From the IMG/VR virus record IMGVR_UViG_3300032030_000076, positions 3,038-67,037 of that record: a DNA stretch of 64,000 bases. One strand, given 5' to 3'. Origin of the DNA: a virus. Lineage: Duplodnaviria; Caudoviricetes. This document shows, in pieces, positions 56,558 to 64,000 of the stretch (position 1 is its first letter; each line of letters starts with the position of its first letter). A model generated the notes under the pieces. That model did not search any database. It was not told where the DNA came from and saw nothing but the letters and a program-made list of their open reading frames with translations. Made by a program: the position numbers and the translations under genes.

Positions 56558-57559
56558 TTAGGTCCTGAAGAACGTTCCCGTGTCGCGCCAGTTGCCGTGG
56601 TGCGTGTTGTCGATGATGTTCACTCCTCCTCTGCCGCCGTTCATCGCGCCGACGCGCATCTGCTCGGTCGATTGTGTGTTGCGCGCCTCGTTCATCTGCA
56701 CGCCTGCCAGCGAGTCGTATGCGCCTTGCAAGGCCCTGTCGTAGTTCAATCCGAGGCTTCCCGCGCTTCCGTACAATCCTCCTGCCTGTCCAAGCGCACT
56801 CGCCGCTCCCTGCTGCGCGTTTACGCCCTGCGCCCGCGCGGACGTCCCGATGCTCGCGAGTTCGCCGCCCGTCTTCAGGAATGTGTTCGCGTTGTTCGTG
56901 ATGAGGTTCTGGAACATGTTCGCCTGGTCTGTCAACCCGCGCTCCTGCGCACGCGTCATAGCCGCCGCAGACGCCACGGCGCGGAGACGGTCGTACGCCG
57001 ACGCCGTGTTTGCGAACGCGCCGCTCGACGGGTTGACGCCCATTCGCGCAAGCTGGCGTTCCGACTGCGCGCGCGCGTTGTCGAACTGGCTCTGCACGTC
57101 CTGCTTCGCAGACGCAACGTACTTGTCCGGGTCGAACTCGCCGTACAGCTTCAGAGCCTCCGCCACGAGCGGCGACGCCGACGCGTCCATGTTGATGAAG
57201 CCCATCCCCGTGCCGAGCGTGTCGAGAGCCTGTTCCGTGACCCTCGTCCCGCTCTCGAAGAGCGCGTCGCCCTCGCCGCGCATCGTGTCTGCGATCGGGA
57301 TCATCCTGTCCGCCGCCACGCGCATGTCTCCGACCGCGCGGTCTATCGCTGGCCTCCCCGCAAGAATCGCCTGCACGCCGCTCTGCGCGGAGCCTACCGC
57401 ACCTGCCGCCTGTCCGCGCGAGGACGAAATCGCACCGTCGAGCTGCACAAGCGGCTCTCTATCCGCTCCACGTGTCGCGCCAAACGCGCCGCTGTCTCCG
57501 ATTGCCGACCAACCAGACAGCGGGTTGGAAAAAGTGTTCCACCCTTGGAATACTGCCAT
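56558..57559 (-). CDS. Internal virion/ejection protein (333 aa)
   Basis: Ala/Gly/Gln-rich, RQLARMGVNPSSG motif typical of podophage pilot proteins. Confidence 0.6.
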   Translation of the reverse strand: MAVFQGWNTFSNPLSGWSAIGDSGAFGATRGADREPLVQLDGAISSSRGQAAGAVGSAQSGVQAILAGRPAIDRAVGDMRVAADRMIPIADTMRGEGDALFESGTRVTEQALDTLGTGMGFINMDASASPLVAEALKLYGEFDPDKYVASAKQDVQSQFDNARAQSERQLARMGVNPSSGAFANTASAYDRLRAVASAAAMTRAQERGLTDQANMFQNLITNNANTFLKTGGELASIGTSARAQGVNAQQGAASALGQAGGLYGSAGSLGLNYDRALQGAYDSLAGVQMNEARNTQSTEQMRVGAMNGGRGGVNIIDNTHHGNWRDTGTFFRT

Positions 57560-57733
57560 TTACTTACCTCCTCCGTTAGTTGCGGCCTCAAGCGCGGCGA
57601 GCCGCCTCGCGAGGCTTGCAATGTTCTCGTTCAGCTTCATTACCGCTTCCCGCGTCTGCTGGTCGGCTATCTGGTGGAACGGCACCATGCCGTTCGGAAG
57701 CCCCGTCCTGTTAGACCTGCCGTTGTTCGCCAT
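57560..57733 (-). CDS. Small coiled-coil protein (57 aa, not in ORF track)
   Basis: Manual translation MANNGRSN...KLNENIASLARRLAALE; GGAGGTG RBS. Confidence 0.55.
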   Translation of the reverse strand: MANNGRSNRTGLPNGMVPFHQIADQQTREAVMKLNENIASLARRLAALEAATNGGGK

Positions 57734-57734
57734 G

Positions 57735-59978
57735 TCAGTTCACCTCCGCCATATTTGTCCCGATCAAAATCGCGTCGACTTCCTCGCTCGCCGTCACGGT
57801 AAAGCTCACAAACCTCTCCGGCCTCGTGCGCGGAAGCCTCCGCCCATCCTGCGACCAGATCGTGACAGGCCGCTTGTGTGTCGATTTCGACGCCGCCGTA
57901 GGAGAAGAGAACGTGCCTACAGACAGTTGCAGGCTTCCGTCGCTTCCGTATGCCATCGCGTCCACCCTCGCCGCAACGGGATCGAACGGGCGCGGCATCA
58001 CGAACGTCTTGCTCGTCCATTCCATGTTCTTGTTCTCGTCGCTTCCTTCCCAAAGGCAGATGGCGAACATGTCTTCCTCGAAATGCGCGACAAGAGCCCT
58101 GTCTCGTTGCGCGGAGAACGTGTACGTCGCGTTTGCGCCCTCAACGATCTCCCCGTCCTCGTACCAGCCGACGAAGCGATACCCGTTGAACGACACGGCG
58201 TACACGGTGACAGAATCGTCCTGCGCGTTCGTGACGCTCGTCGTCGTGCGCGAATCGCCTATGTACACAATGCCCTTGTCGCTGTCTTCTTCGCGAACCG
58301 AAACGCTCGTCGTGAACTCGGATGCAGTCCCCCACCTCGCCTTGAACACCCTGTCATGACGCCCGACATTGAGCTTCCGCGTATACGATGCGCCAGAAGG
58401 CTCCGTGACGAGAATCTTCTCGTCGCCGTTCTGAAGCACCTCGACAAGACGGAAGAATTGCAATGCCCCAGGCCCTAACGCGGGAGTCGCAGTCAAGACA
58501 ACATTCGTGGACGCGACGACTCTATACAACTCGCCCGTTCCGCTGCTTACGCCTGTTCCGCTGATCGAAAGTGTCCCAGGAGAACCAGATTCGTCCGGGT
58601 CGTTCTTCTCGCTTAGAAGCCTCACAGCCACAAACGTGGTTTGGTCGGTAAAGACGGCAAGGTAGTCGTGCGACCTGTCTACCGTTACGAGCTGTGAAGA
58701 TTCATAATAGTCATTCTCCTCGCCGTCTACATACCAGCCACCGAAGAACGATTGCGCGGACGCATCAGCAACTATCGTAATCTGACTCCCAAGGACATAT
58801 TCCCTTGACACGCTGTAGTCAGACGAAGGATAGTCGCTTGGATAGGCGTCTCCATTACCGTACTCCGTGTTCTTACGGATGGTCACTGTAGCCTTGTACT
58901 TCGCGACGAGCGACAGGTCTGCCAGAAGTTTCCTCGCATAGCCTGTTCTGGAATCCGAAACTTTCGTGCCGTTCTCGTACCATCCGTCGAACGAGCATCC
59001 GTTTCCGGAAATCGGTTCGGGCGCGACGAACGTCACGATGTCTCCGTAGACCGGATTTTCTATCGCGGAATCGGTCCCGTCCGTCATGCTCGTGTTCGCT
59101 CCTTGAGCTACGGCAACCTTCGATGCGTCGTCTATGCCATGCGTCACGTTGATCGGCTTCAGACCGTATGTCGCCGTCAGCGTCACGTCGTTGTCCGGCA
59201 TGGTGAAAGTCAGCACGCTGTTTTTCCGGTCTGCCTCGTCGATTCCGCCAACCCCGCTGACGTTCCAGGCGATGAACACGATTCCTGTCAGACCAGTCGT
59301 CTGCGCCGTCGCAGTTATTGAAGTGCCAGAAATCGCCGAATTGCTTGAAATGGTTACTGTCGGCGGAGCCGATTGGTATGCGTCGCTCTCGTTTAAGGAA
59401 CTCGGCTTCGCAGGATAGGACGATGACGCGGAGATCGCATGTGTGTATTGATGAGTTTTCCATTGCGCGACTGCCGTCACATTTCCAGTTAAATTATATG
59501 TCGCACCGCTGCCATAGATTACTCCACCTATGTCCCATCCGTCGAAATCGTAACCCTGCAAAGTCGGAATGGTTGTGGTTATTTTTACATTTGGGCCTTC
59601 TCCGTATGTCGACGCAATAGTAGATGAGCTTCCGTGGCTCCCTCCGTTCAAGTCATACTCAATCCTTGGAAGCAATGAAAAGTTTGCGCTATTCGACACA
59701 TTTGTGGATACGTCATCAGATACGACGAACCTGTCAGAAAGTTTCGACCCGCTTTTTACCGTAACATAGCTTGTGCTGCTATTATTGTACCAATATCCGC
59801 TATTTCCAGAATAACTTTCGTTCAGATCCCATCCTGTGAACTTGCTTTTCGTTTTTGGGGAAGCCTTGAACACATGATACCCGCCACCAATATATTCATA
59901 GCTAATACTACCAAGGTCCGAATCGTATGAAATGTCTATTGTTTTGCCTGAACCTGTACTCCAAGACATATCACTCAC
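57735..59978 (-). CDS. InlB-B-repeat adhesin fused to a tail-nozzle C-terminal domain (about 747 aa)
   Basis: Repeated GY/F-x-F-x-GW motifs; last about 110 aa LWEG...WTSKTF...ILIGTNMAEV resemble nozzle C-termini. Start may be ATG 59969. Confidence 0.7.
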   Translation of the reverse strand: MSDMSWSTGSGKTIDISYDSDLGSISYEYIGGGYHVFKASPKTKSKFTGWDLNESYSGNSGYWYNNSSTSYVTVKSGSKLSDRFVVSDDVSTNVSNSANFSLLPRIEYDLNGGSHGSSSTIASTYGEGPNVKITTTIPTLQGYDFDGWDIGGVIYGSGATYNLTGNVTAVAQWKTHQYTHAISASSSYPAKPSSLNESDAYQSAPPTVTISSNSAISGTSITATAQTTGLTGIVFIAWNVSGVGGIDEADRKNSVLTFTMPDNDVTLTATYGLKPINVTHGIDDASKVAVAQGANTSMTDGTDSAIENPVYGDIVTFVAPEPISGNGCSFDGWYENGTKVSDSRTGYARKLLADLSLVAKYKATVTIRKNTEYGNGDAYPSDYPSSDYSVSREYVLGSQITIVADASAQSFFGGWYVDGEENDYYESSQLVTVDRSHDYLAVFTDQTTFVAVRLLSEKNDPDESGSPGTLSISGTGVSSGTGELYRVVASTNVVLTATPALGPGALQFFRLVEVLQNGDEKILVTEPSGASYTRKLNVGRHDRVFKARWGTASEFTTSVSVREEDSDKGIVYIGDSRTTTSVTNAQDDSVTVYAVSFNGYRFVGWYEDGEIVEGANATYTFSAQRDRALVAHFEEDMFAICLWEGSDENKNMEWTSKTFVMPRPFDPVAARVDAMAYGSDGSLQLSVGTFSSPTAASKSTHKRPVTIWSQDGRRLPRTRPERFVSFTVTASEEVDAILIGTNMAEVN

Positions 59979-61419
59979 CTCCTCCCGTAATCATGCCCCT
60001 CACGAAATAGAGCCTGTCGTTCCTGTCGTCACGGCAGAGGCAACGCGCAGGCTCGTCATGCGTCGTGATCGCGTCAGCGCCTTCGGAAAGGTCTATCACA
60101 AGGCCTGGCTTTCTATCCTTTACGTCATTGAAGAACAGGTACAGCGCGCCGTCATGATGCTCCATGACGCACTTCTCTGGATTCTTCGCCTGCCATTGCT
60201 CCTTCGTGAACGCCTTTGATGTGACGTTCACGCACACGGTCCCTGCACTTGCGTCGTTCACGATGGCCATTAGCCCTTCGTGCGACACGAAGTAGACGCT
60301 GTTGCGCAGGACGCACACGCCTCGCGCGCTCAAGCAAGCCGCCGCTCCCGCAAGCTTCGCGACCGTCATGCTCTCCGGCGCGGTCCCGGAAAGAACCCAA
60401 GGATAACCGTCAGTCAGCGCGAACACGCTGTTGCTTGTTGTCGCAAGCGCGACGATGTTGTCCTTCACGTCATAACGGTACGCAATCGGCCAGCTCGTCA
60501 CGGTTCCGATGTCAGAAAACATCACTGTATGCGGAGAACTTCGCGAAAATCCTGCGTAGAATCCGCCTGCGACGAACTGGATTCCGGAAAGGTCTACCGG
60601 CGGAGACTCGATCCCCGGCTCTGCCTCGCCTAGCCTGTCTGGCACAAACGCAGCAGAAAAACCACCCGGCTCCGTCGCCTCGGCCACGGTACGCTCGACA
60701 AAGAATTGGATCCCGTCGGTGTTTTCGGAAGTCCCTGCCGCCGTCGCATACACGTAGATCTTCCGCGCGTCCTGCGGGACATTTTGCATCGCTCCGAACG
60801 AGACAGACATCCCGTTATTGAGCGCGATTGGAGCCGTCTTGCCACCAGTCTTGCTTGGCGCAGAAAGCCCGCTCTCATAACCGTTCGCGTCAACCCATGA
60901 CACGAAAAACTGCACGTAATAGACCGTCTTGCCGTCCGACAATGTTCCAGTTGTAGAAACTGTCGGGGCGTCTAGCACTGTCTTGCAAAAAGTTCTCCTG
61001 AAAATCGCGTTTGACGAACGCGAATAAAAGTACACGGCAGGCGCGTCATATCTGTCAACACCATTCTCATCCGTAAATGTGACGCCAGTCTGTCCTGTCA
61101 CAAAAAGTCTGTCGTAATCGTCGTCCGCGATGTTCCCCTCCGCGAAATCGACTATCCCCGGAAATGCGAGAAAGTCGGTCATCACGGTGCCGTCAGTCTG
61201 CGTGTGCTTCCATGCGTAGAGACTTTTCGCATCAGCGACGGAAGTAAGCCCGTTCTCCATGTGTATCATGATGTCTCTTGCGATTGACGACTTTCTTAGC
61301 GGGACGAGCTTGCCGTTCTTCAGGCGGCAGTTGTGCGCGGTCACGGCCATACCGTCCGCAAGAAGCGTCGGATGCACCCTCGGCTGGATGCCGTGGAAGT
61401 TGTCAACTCGTATGTTCAT
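59971..61419 (-). CDS. Tail nozzle/stabilisation protein (tail tubular B-like), C-terminally truncated (482 aa)
   Basis: NFHGIQPRVHPTLL...NCRL N-terminus, SWPIAY...IVALA...GYPWVLSGTAPESM beta-propeller motifs. Confidence 0.75.
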   Translation of the reverse strand: MNIRVDNFHGIQPRVHPTLLADGMAVTAHNCRLKNGKLVPLRKSSIARDIMIHMENGLTSVADAKSLYAWKHTQTDGTVMTDFLAFPGIVDFAEGNIADDDYDRLFVTGQTGVTFTDENGVDRYDAPAVYFYSRSSNAIFRRTFCKTVLDAPTVSTTGTLSDGKTVYYVQFFVSWVDANGYESGLSAPSKTGGKTAPIALNNGMSVSFGAMQNVPQDARKIYVYATAAGTSENTDGIQFFVERTVAEATEPGGFSAAFVPDRLGEAEPGIESPPVDLSGIQFVAGGFYAGFSRSSPHTVMFSDIGTVTSWPIAYRYDVKDNIVALATTSNSVFALTDGYPWVLSGTAPESMTVAKLAGAAACLSARGVCVLRNSVYFVSHEGLMAIVNDASAGTVCVNVTSKAFTKEQWQAKNPEKCVMEHHDGALYLFFNDVKDRKPGLVIDLSEGADAITTHDEPARCLCRDDRNDRLYFVRGMITGGGE

Positions 61420-61766
61420 AGCTGCATCAAAGTCTCCGCGCGGTTCTTCAACGTCTCAGACACCTGCATGTTCACGGTGTCCGTGATGTCAAGCTCATAG
61501 ACGAGGCTCGCCGCGTACTTCACCACGGCGTCCACGTAACGCGCCTCGTTTATCCGGATGTCCACTCCGGGCGCGACGACGAAGGCTGTCGCGTCAAGCA
61601 GCATGTTCTCGCCGTACTTCTCCGACGGCTGGATCGTGCGAAGATGGCCGACCGCGCTTCGTATGCAGTCGAACACGACTTCCTGCGAGAACCGGTACGC
61701 GTCGCTCTCCGTGTCGTTCACGAGAGTCCGCACCTTAGCCTCCAGCTCTTCGATCTTTATCGTCAT
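61416..61766 (-). CDS. Putative head-tail adaptor (116 aa, start MTIKIEE)
   Basis: VRTLVND...RFS...AVVKYAASLVY pattern; coupled to the nozzle gene. Confidence 0.55.
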   Translation of the reverse strand: MTIKIEELEAKVRTLVNDTESDAYRFSQEVVFDCIRSAVGHLRTIQPSEKYGENMLLDATAFVVAPGVDIRINEARYVDAVVKYAASLVYELDITDTVNMQVSETLKNRAETLMQL

Positions 61767-62035
61767 CTTCGTCCTCCGTCCGTCTGATAGATAGTCTCCC
61801 TGTTTCGGCCTCTCCGAGCGCGGGAGTCTCTCGTCAATGAAGGTCGTTCGCGATACCCGGGCCTGTACCGTGATGCGGGAAAAAGGAGTGGTAAAACCCG
61901 CATCAGGCAAATTCCTACTTCGCGTCCTCGTCCGGAGGCGGCACTGGCGTCGCCGGTATCACGCAACATCCGCGCCTGTCTGCCTCGGCGTAAAGCTCTT
62001 CGAGCCTTTTCTCGTGCTCTTCCTGTGTCATCTGG

Positions 62036-62377
62036 CTACCTCTCTTCCTTGTTTTCCTGTTCGGTTGGCGGCGTCGTCTCGCACGGGTCTACCTTCGCGT
62101 CGATGGTCTTCCACGAGCGGATATGGACGATGCCGAAATAGTCGTTCGTCTCTGCGACGGTGTACTTCACCTTGAGCGCGGCGTTCTCGGCGACTCCTAG
62201 GCGGAAGCCGGAGAGACAGTTCAGCACGTCCATCTGGGCCGCGCCGTCAGTTCCGGGAACCGTGAAGCCCACGGCGAGGTCTGTGCCTTCGACGACCTTC
62301 GCGCCCTTGTAGATGCACCCAGCGAGGAGCGCGCCAAGGAGAAGCGCGGTCGCAGTCTTTGTCAGAATTCTCTTCAT
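62036..62377 (-). CDS. Lipoprotein (113 aa), possible o-spanin or accessory lipoprotein
   Basis: Signal peptide with lipobox LLAGC. Confidence 0.7.
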   Translation of the reverse strand: MKRILTKTATALLLGALLAGCIYKGAKVVEGTDLAVGFTVPGTDGAAQMDVLNCLSGFRLGVAENAALKVKYTVAETNDYFGIVHIRSWKTIDAKVDPCETTPPTEQENKEER

Positions 62378-62501
62378 GCTGTCTTTCTCCCTTCGATAGA
62401 TTAGATGCCCGCCTCGCCAATCTCTCACCCAAACGTCCAGTACGGTTAGTCCCTGCGACCGTCCACTCGGACGGACAGGCGGCGAGGCGGACAAGCTGTG
62501 G

Positions 62502-62900
62502 TCAGTCGCGGTCCTCGCAATCCTCGCAACAACCGAAGTCCACGTCGGTGTCGGGAACATCACCACCGCGCCACGCGATGACTGCGGCGTTGAAGGCGTC
62601 GCGCACCTTGGTGAGTTCCGCCGCCTCGATCTTGAAGTCGGCGAGGGCGTCCGCCGCGTCCGCGACTGCGCCGAGCGTCGCCTTATATGCGGACTGCCAC
62701 TTGGTCGGGACGAGCCACGCAAGGGAGGTCATCGTCGCGAGAACCTTGCACAGCGTGTTGTAGGCGGCGGCGATCTTCTTGCGCTTCGTCGGGTCGATTG
62801 CGGCGAGGGCTTGGTTCACGATGTCGAGCAGATAGTCCACGACGGCCTCCATGCCGCCGAAGAGGTACTTGAACGCGATCTTGAGCTTGCTGATGTTCAT
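62502..62900 (-). CDS. Hypothetical protein (132 aa)
   Basis: AAGGA RBS; amphipathic helices. Confidence 0.65.
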   Translation of the reverse strand: MNISKLKIAFKYLFGGMEAVVDYLLDIVNQALAAIDPTKRKKIAAAYNTLCKVLATMTSLAWLVPTKWQSAYKATLGAVADAADALADFKIEAAELTKVRDAFNAAVIAWRGGDVPDTDVDFGCCEDCEDRD

Positions 62901-62915
62901 GTGTGTTTCCTTTTC

Positions 62916-63170
62916 TTACTTCACCGTCGGCACCGCGCCGCCGGAAATCTGCCTGATCGTCTGCGCGTCCGCTTTCGACGCGTCCGTGACCGTGCGCAGT
63001 CCGCTGTCTCCAGTCAGGAGGAGTATCTGCGTGTTGAGAAGCTTGATCGCCATGAACGCCACGACGAAGAACATCAGCACGACCGTTCCCAAAATCACGT
63101 TCTGCTTCGCCTCCACCTTCGCCACGCGCTCCAGCAGGATGCAACCTTCGCTTGTACCTTTCATGCACAT
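62916..63170 (-). CDS. Single-TM protein, possible holin (84 aa)
   Basis: VILGTVVLMFFVVAFMAIKLL TM segment. Confidence 0.45.
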   Translation of the reverse strand: MCMKGTSEGCILLERVAKVEAKQNVILGTVVLMFFVVAFMAIKLLNTQILLLTGDSGLRTVTDASKADAQTIRQISGGAVPTVK

Positions 63171-63171
63171 G

Positions 63172-63618
63172 CTACACGCCCTCCTTCACGCTCGCGGCGA
63201 GCAGCGATTCCGCCGTCGCGTCGTCCACGCCGAGCGCGGCCTTGGCGGCGGCGAGCCACTGGCCGAACAGCTCGTTGTCCTCGGACAAATCCTGCGCGAG
63301 CGAGAACGCCGTCCACGCGTTCATGCCGTTGACGGTCTGCGCCTCCAGCCACGCGCGCAGGGCGTCCCACTTGCCGATTGCGGAGAGCGCGGCGTAGAGG
63401 CGCAATTTCGAGAACGTGCGCGAAGCCGGAATCACCCGCGCCTCGTTCTCCTCTTCGGTCGCTGCGTACTCGCAGTCAGTCCAGTCGTCCGCAGAGTCCC
63501 ACGCGGCGAGCGCGACCCGCGTGATTCGCGTCGGGCCTCTGTCAGTCTTGCGCCGCAACGCCATACCGCTGTCCGCGTTGAGCACCGTGGTTCCGTCTGT
63601 GTTGGTAGTGATTGTCAT
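63172..63618 (-). CDS. Probable tail-fibre assembly/chaperone protein (148 aa)
   Basis: Directly follows the fibre gene; TAAGGAG RBS. Confidence 0.5.
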   Translation of the reverse strand: MTITTNTDGTTVLNADSGMALRRKTDRGPTRITRVALAAWDSADDWTDCEYAATEEENEARVIPASRTFSKLRLYAALSAIGKWDALRAWLEAQTVNGMNAWTAFSLAQDLSEDNELFGQWLAAAKAALGVDDATAESLLAASVKEGV

Positions 63619-63629
63619 CGCTAAACTCC

Positions 63630-64000
63630 TTACCAAGAAAGCGTCCAGTTTTTAGCCGCGACCATCGCCTCGATCGCGCTCTGCTCCGACGCCGTGAACA
63701 GCCCCTTGATGGCCGAGTTGAGCGTGATGGTCTGGCCGCTCTTGTTGCATGTATTCAAGTTGCCAATGAAGCCGTCCGTGATTGCGCCGTTCACGAACGT
63801 CGCCACGCTCGCCTTGTCGCGAACATGGATAGACTGTGCGAACGAAACCGAAAGATTCGCCGTGAAATGCGTCGGCAGAACCTCAAGGCTATAACATCCG
63901 TTGAACACGTTGGTGTTATTGGTCGAACGCCCGATGTCGAGCGTGTCGGGAAGCGCGCGCAGATAGGCGCAACCGGAAAACATGTACGAGCAGTTGGTAG
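63630..64000 (-). CDS. Tail fibre C-terminus with BspA-like leucine-rich repeats (partial)
   Basis: TNCSYMFSGCAYLRALP and NVFNGCYSLEVLP repeats; frame is open to the window end. Confidence 0.7.
   Translation of the reverse strand, partial: TNCSYMFSGCAYLRALPDTLDIGRSTNNTNVFNGCYSLEVLPTHFTANLSVSFAQSIHVRDKASVATFVNGAITDGFIGNLNTCNKSGQTITLNSAIKGLFTASEQSAIEAMVAAKNWTLSW

Noticed and set aside
1-64000. Diversity-generating retroelement acting on the fibre genes
   Set aside because: No reverse transcriptase motif and no TR/VR pair differing at adenines were seen; the missing segment cannot be assessed.
1-64000. CRISPR array, tRNA or rRNA genes
   Set aside because: No regularly spaced repeats or cloverleaf-compatible sequences were found by eye.
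63630-64000. Direct circular join of 64000 to position 1
   Set aside because: The join puts the two fibre fragments out of frame, so the window is not an exact circle.

Overview
The window is a near-complete, high-GC temperate tailed phage (podovirus-like). The host cannot be determined from the sequence alone, and no flanking host genes are visible. A late operon on the minus strand runs from 14363 to 1 (terS, terL, portal, scaffold, major capsid, decoration, adaptor, tailspike, fibres). It appears to continue from 64000 down to 46484 (LRR fibre, chaperone, possible lysis genes, adaptor, tail nozzle, ejection proteins, a 2572-aa polyvalent protein), followed by a tyrosine integrase. The plus strand carries early genes (16-21 kb), a cI/cro switch (22.3 kb), and a recombination/replication module (two ParB-like proteins, RecT-like, ERCC4 nuclease, RecD2-like helicase, primase-helicase, no DNA polymerase). 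It then has many small accessory genes and a methylation island. Five features stand out. (1) A C5 methyltransferase locus has an intein at the catalytic Cys, an overlapping +1-frame ORF resembling the M.EcoHK31I beta subunit whose RBS and start lie inside the intein DNA, a G9 frameshift tract, and motifs IX-X on a separate gene. (2) The neighbouring adenine methyltransferase contains a G10 tract. (3) The tail nozzle gene is split, with its C-terminus fused behind an InlB-B-repeat adhesin. (4) A cer-like Xer site lies between the late and early arms. (5) Gene-junction sequences are repeated, and there is a paralogous RNCD family. Family assignments come from motif recognition only; no searches were run.
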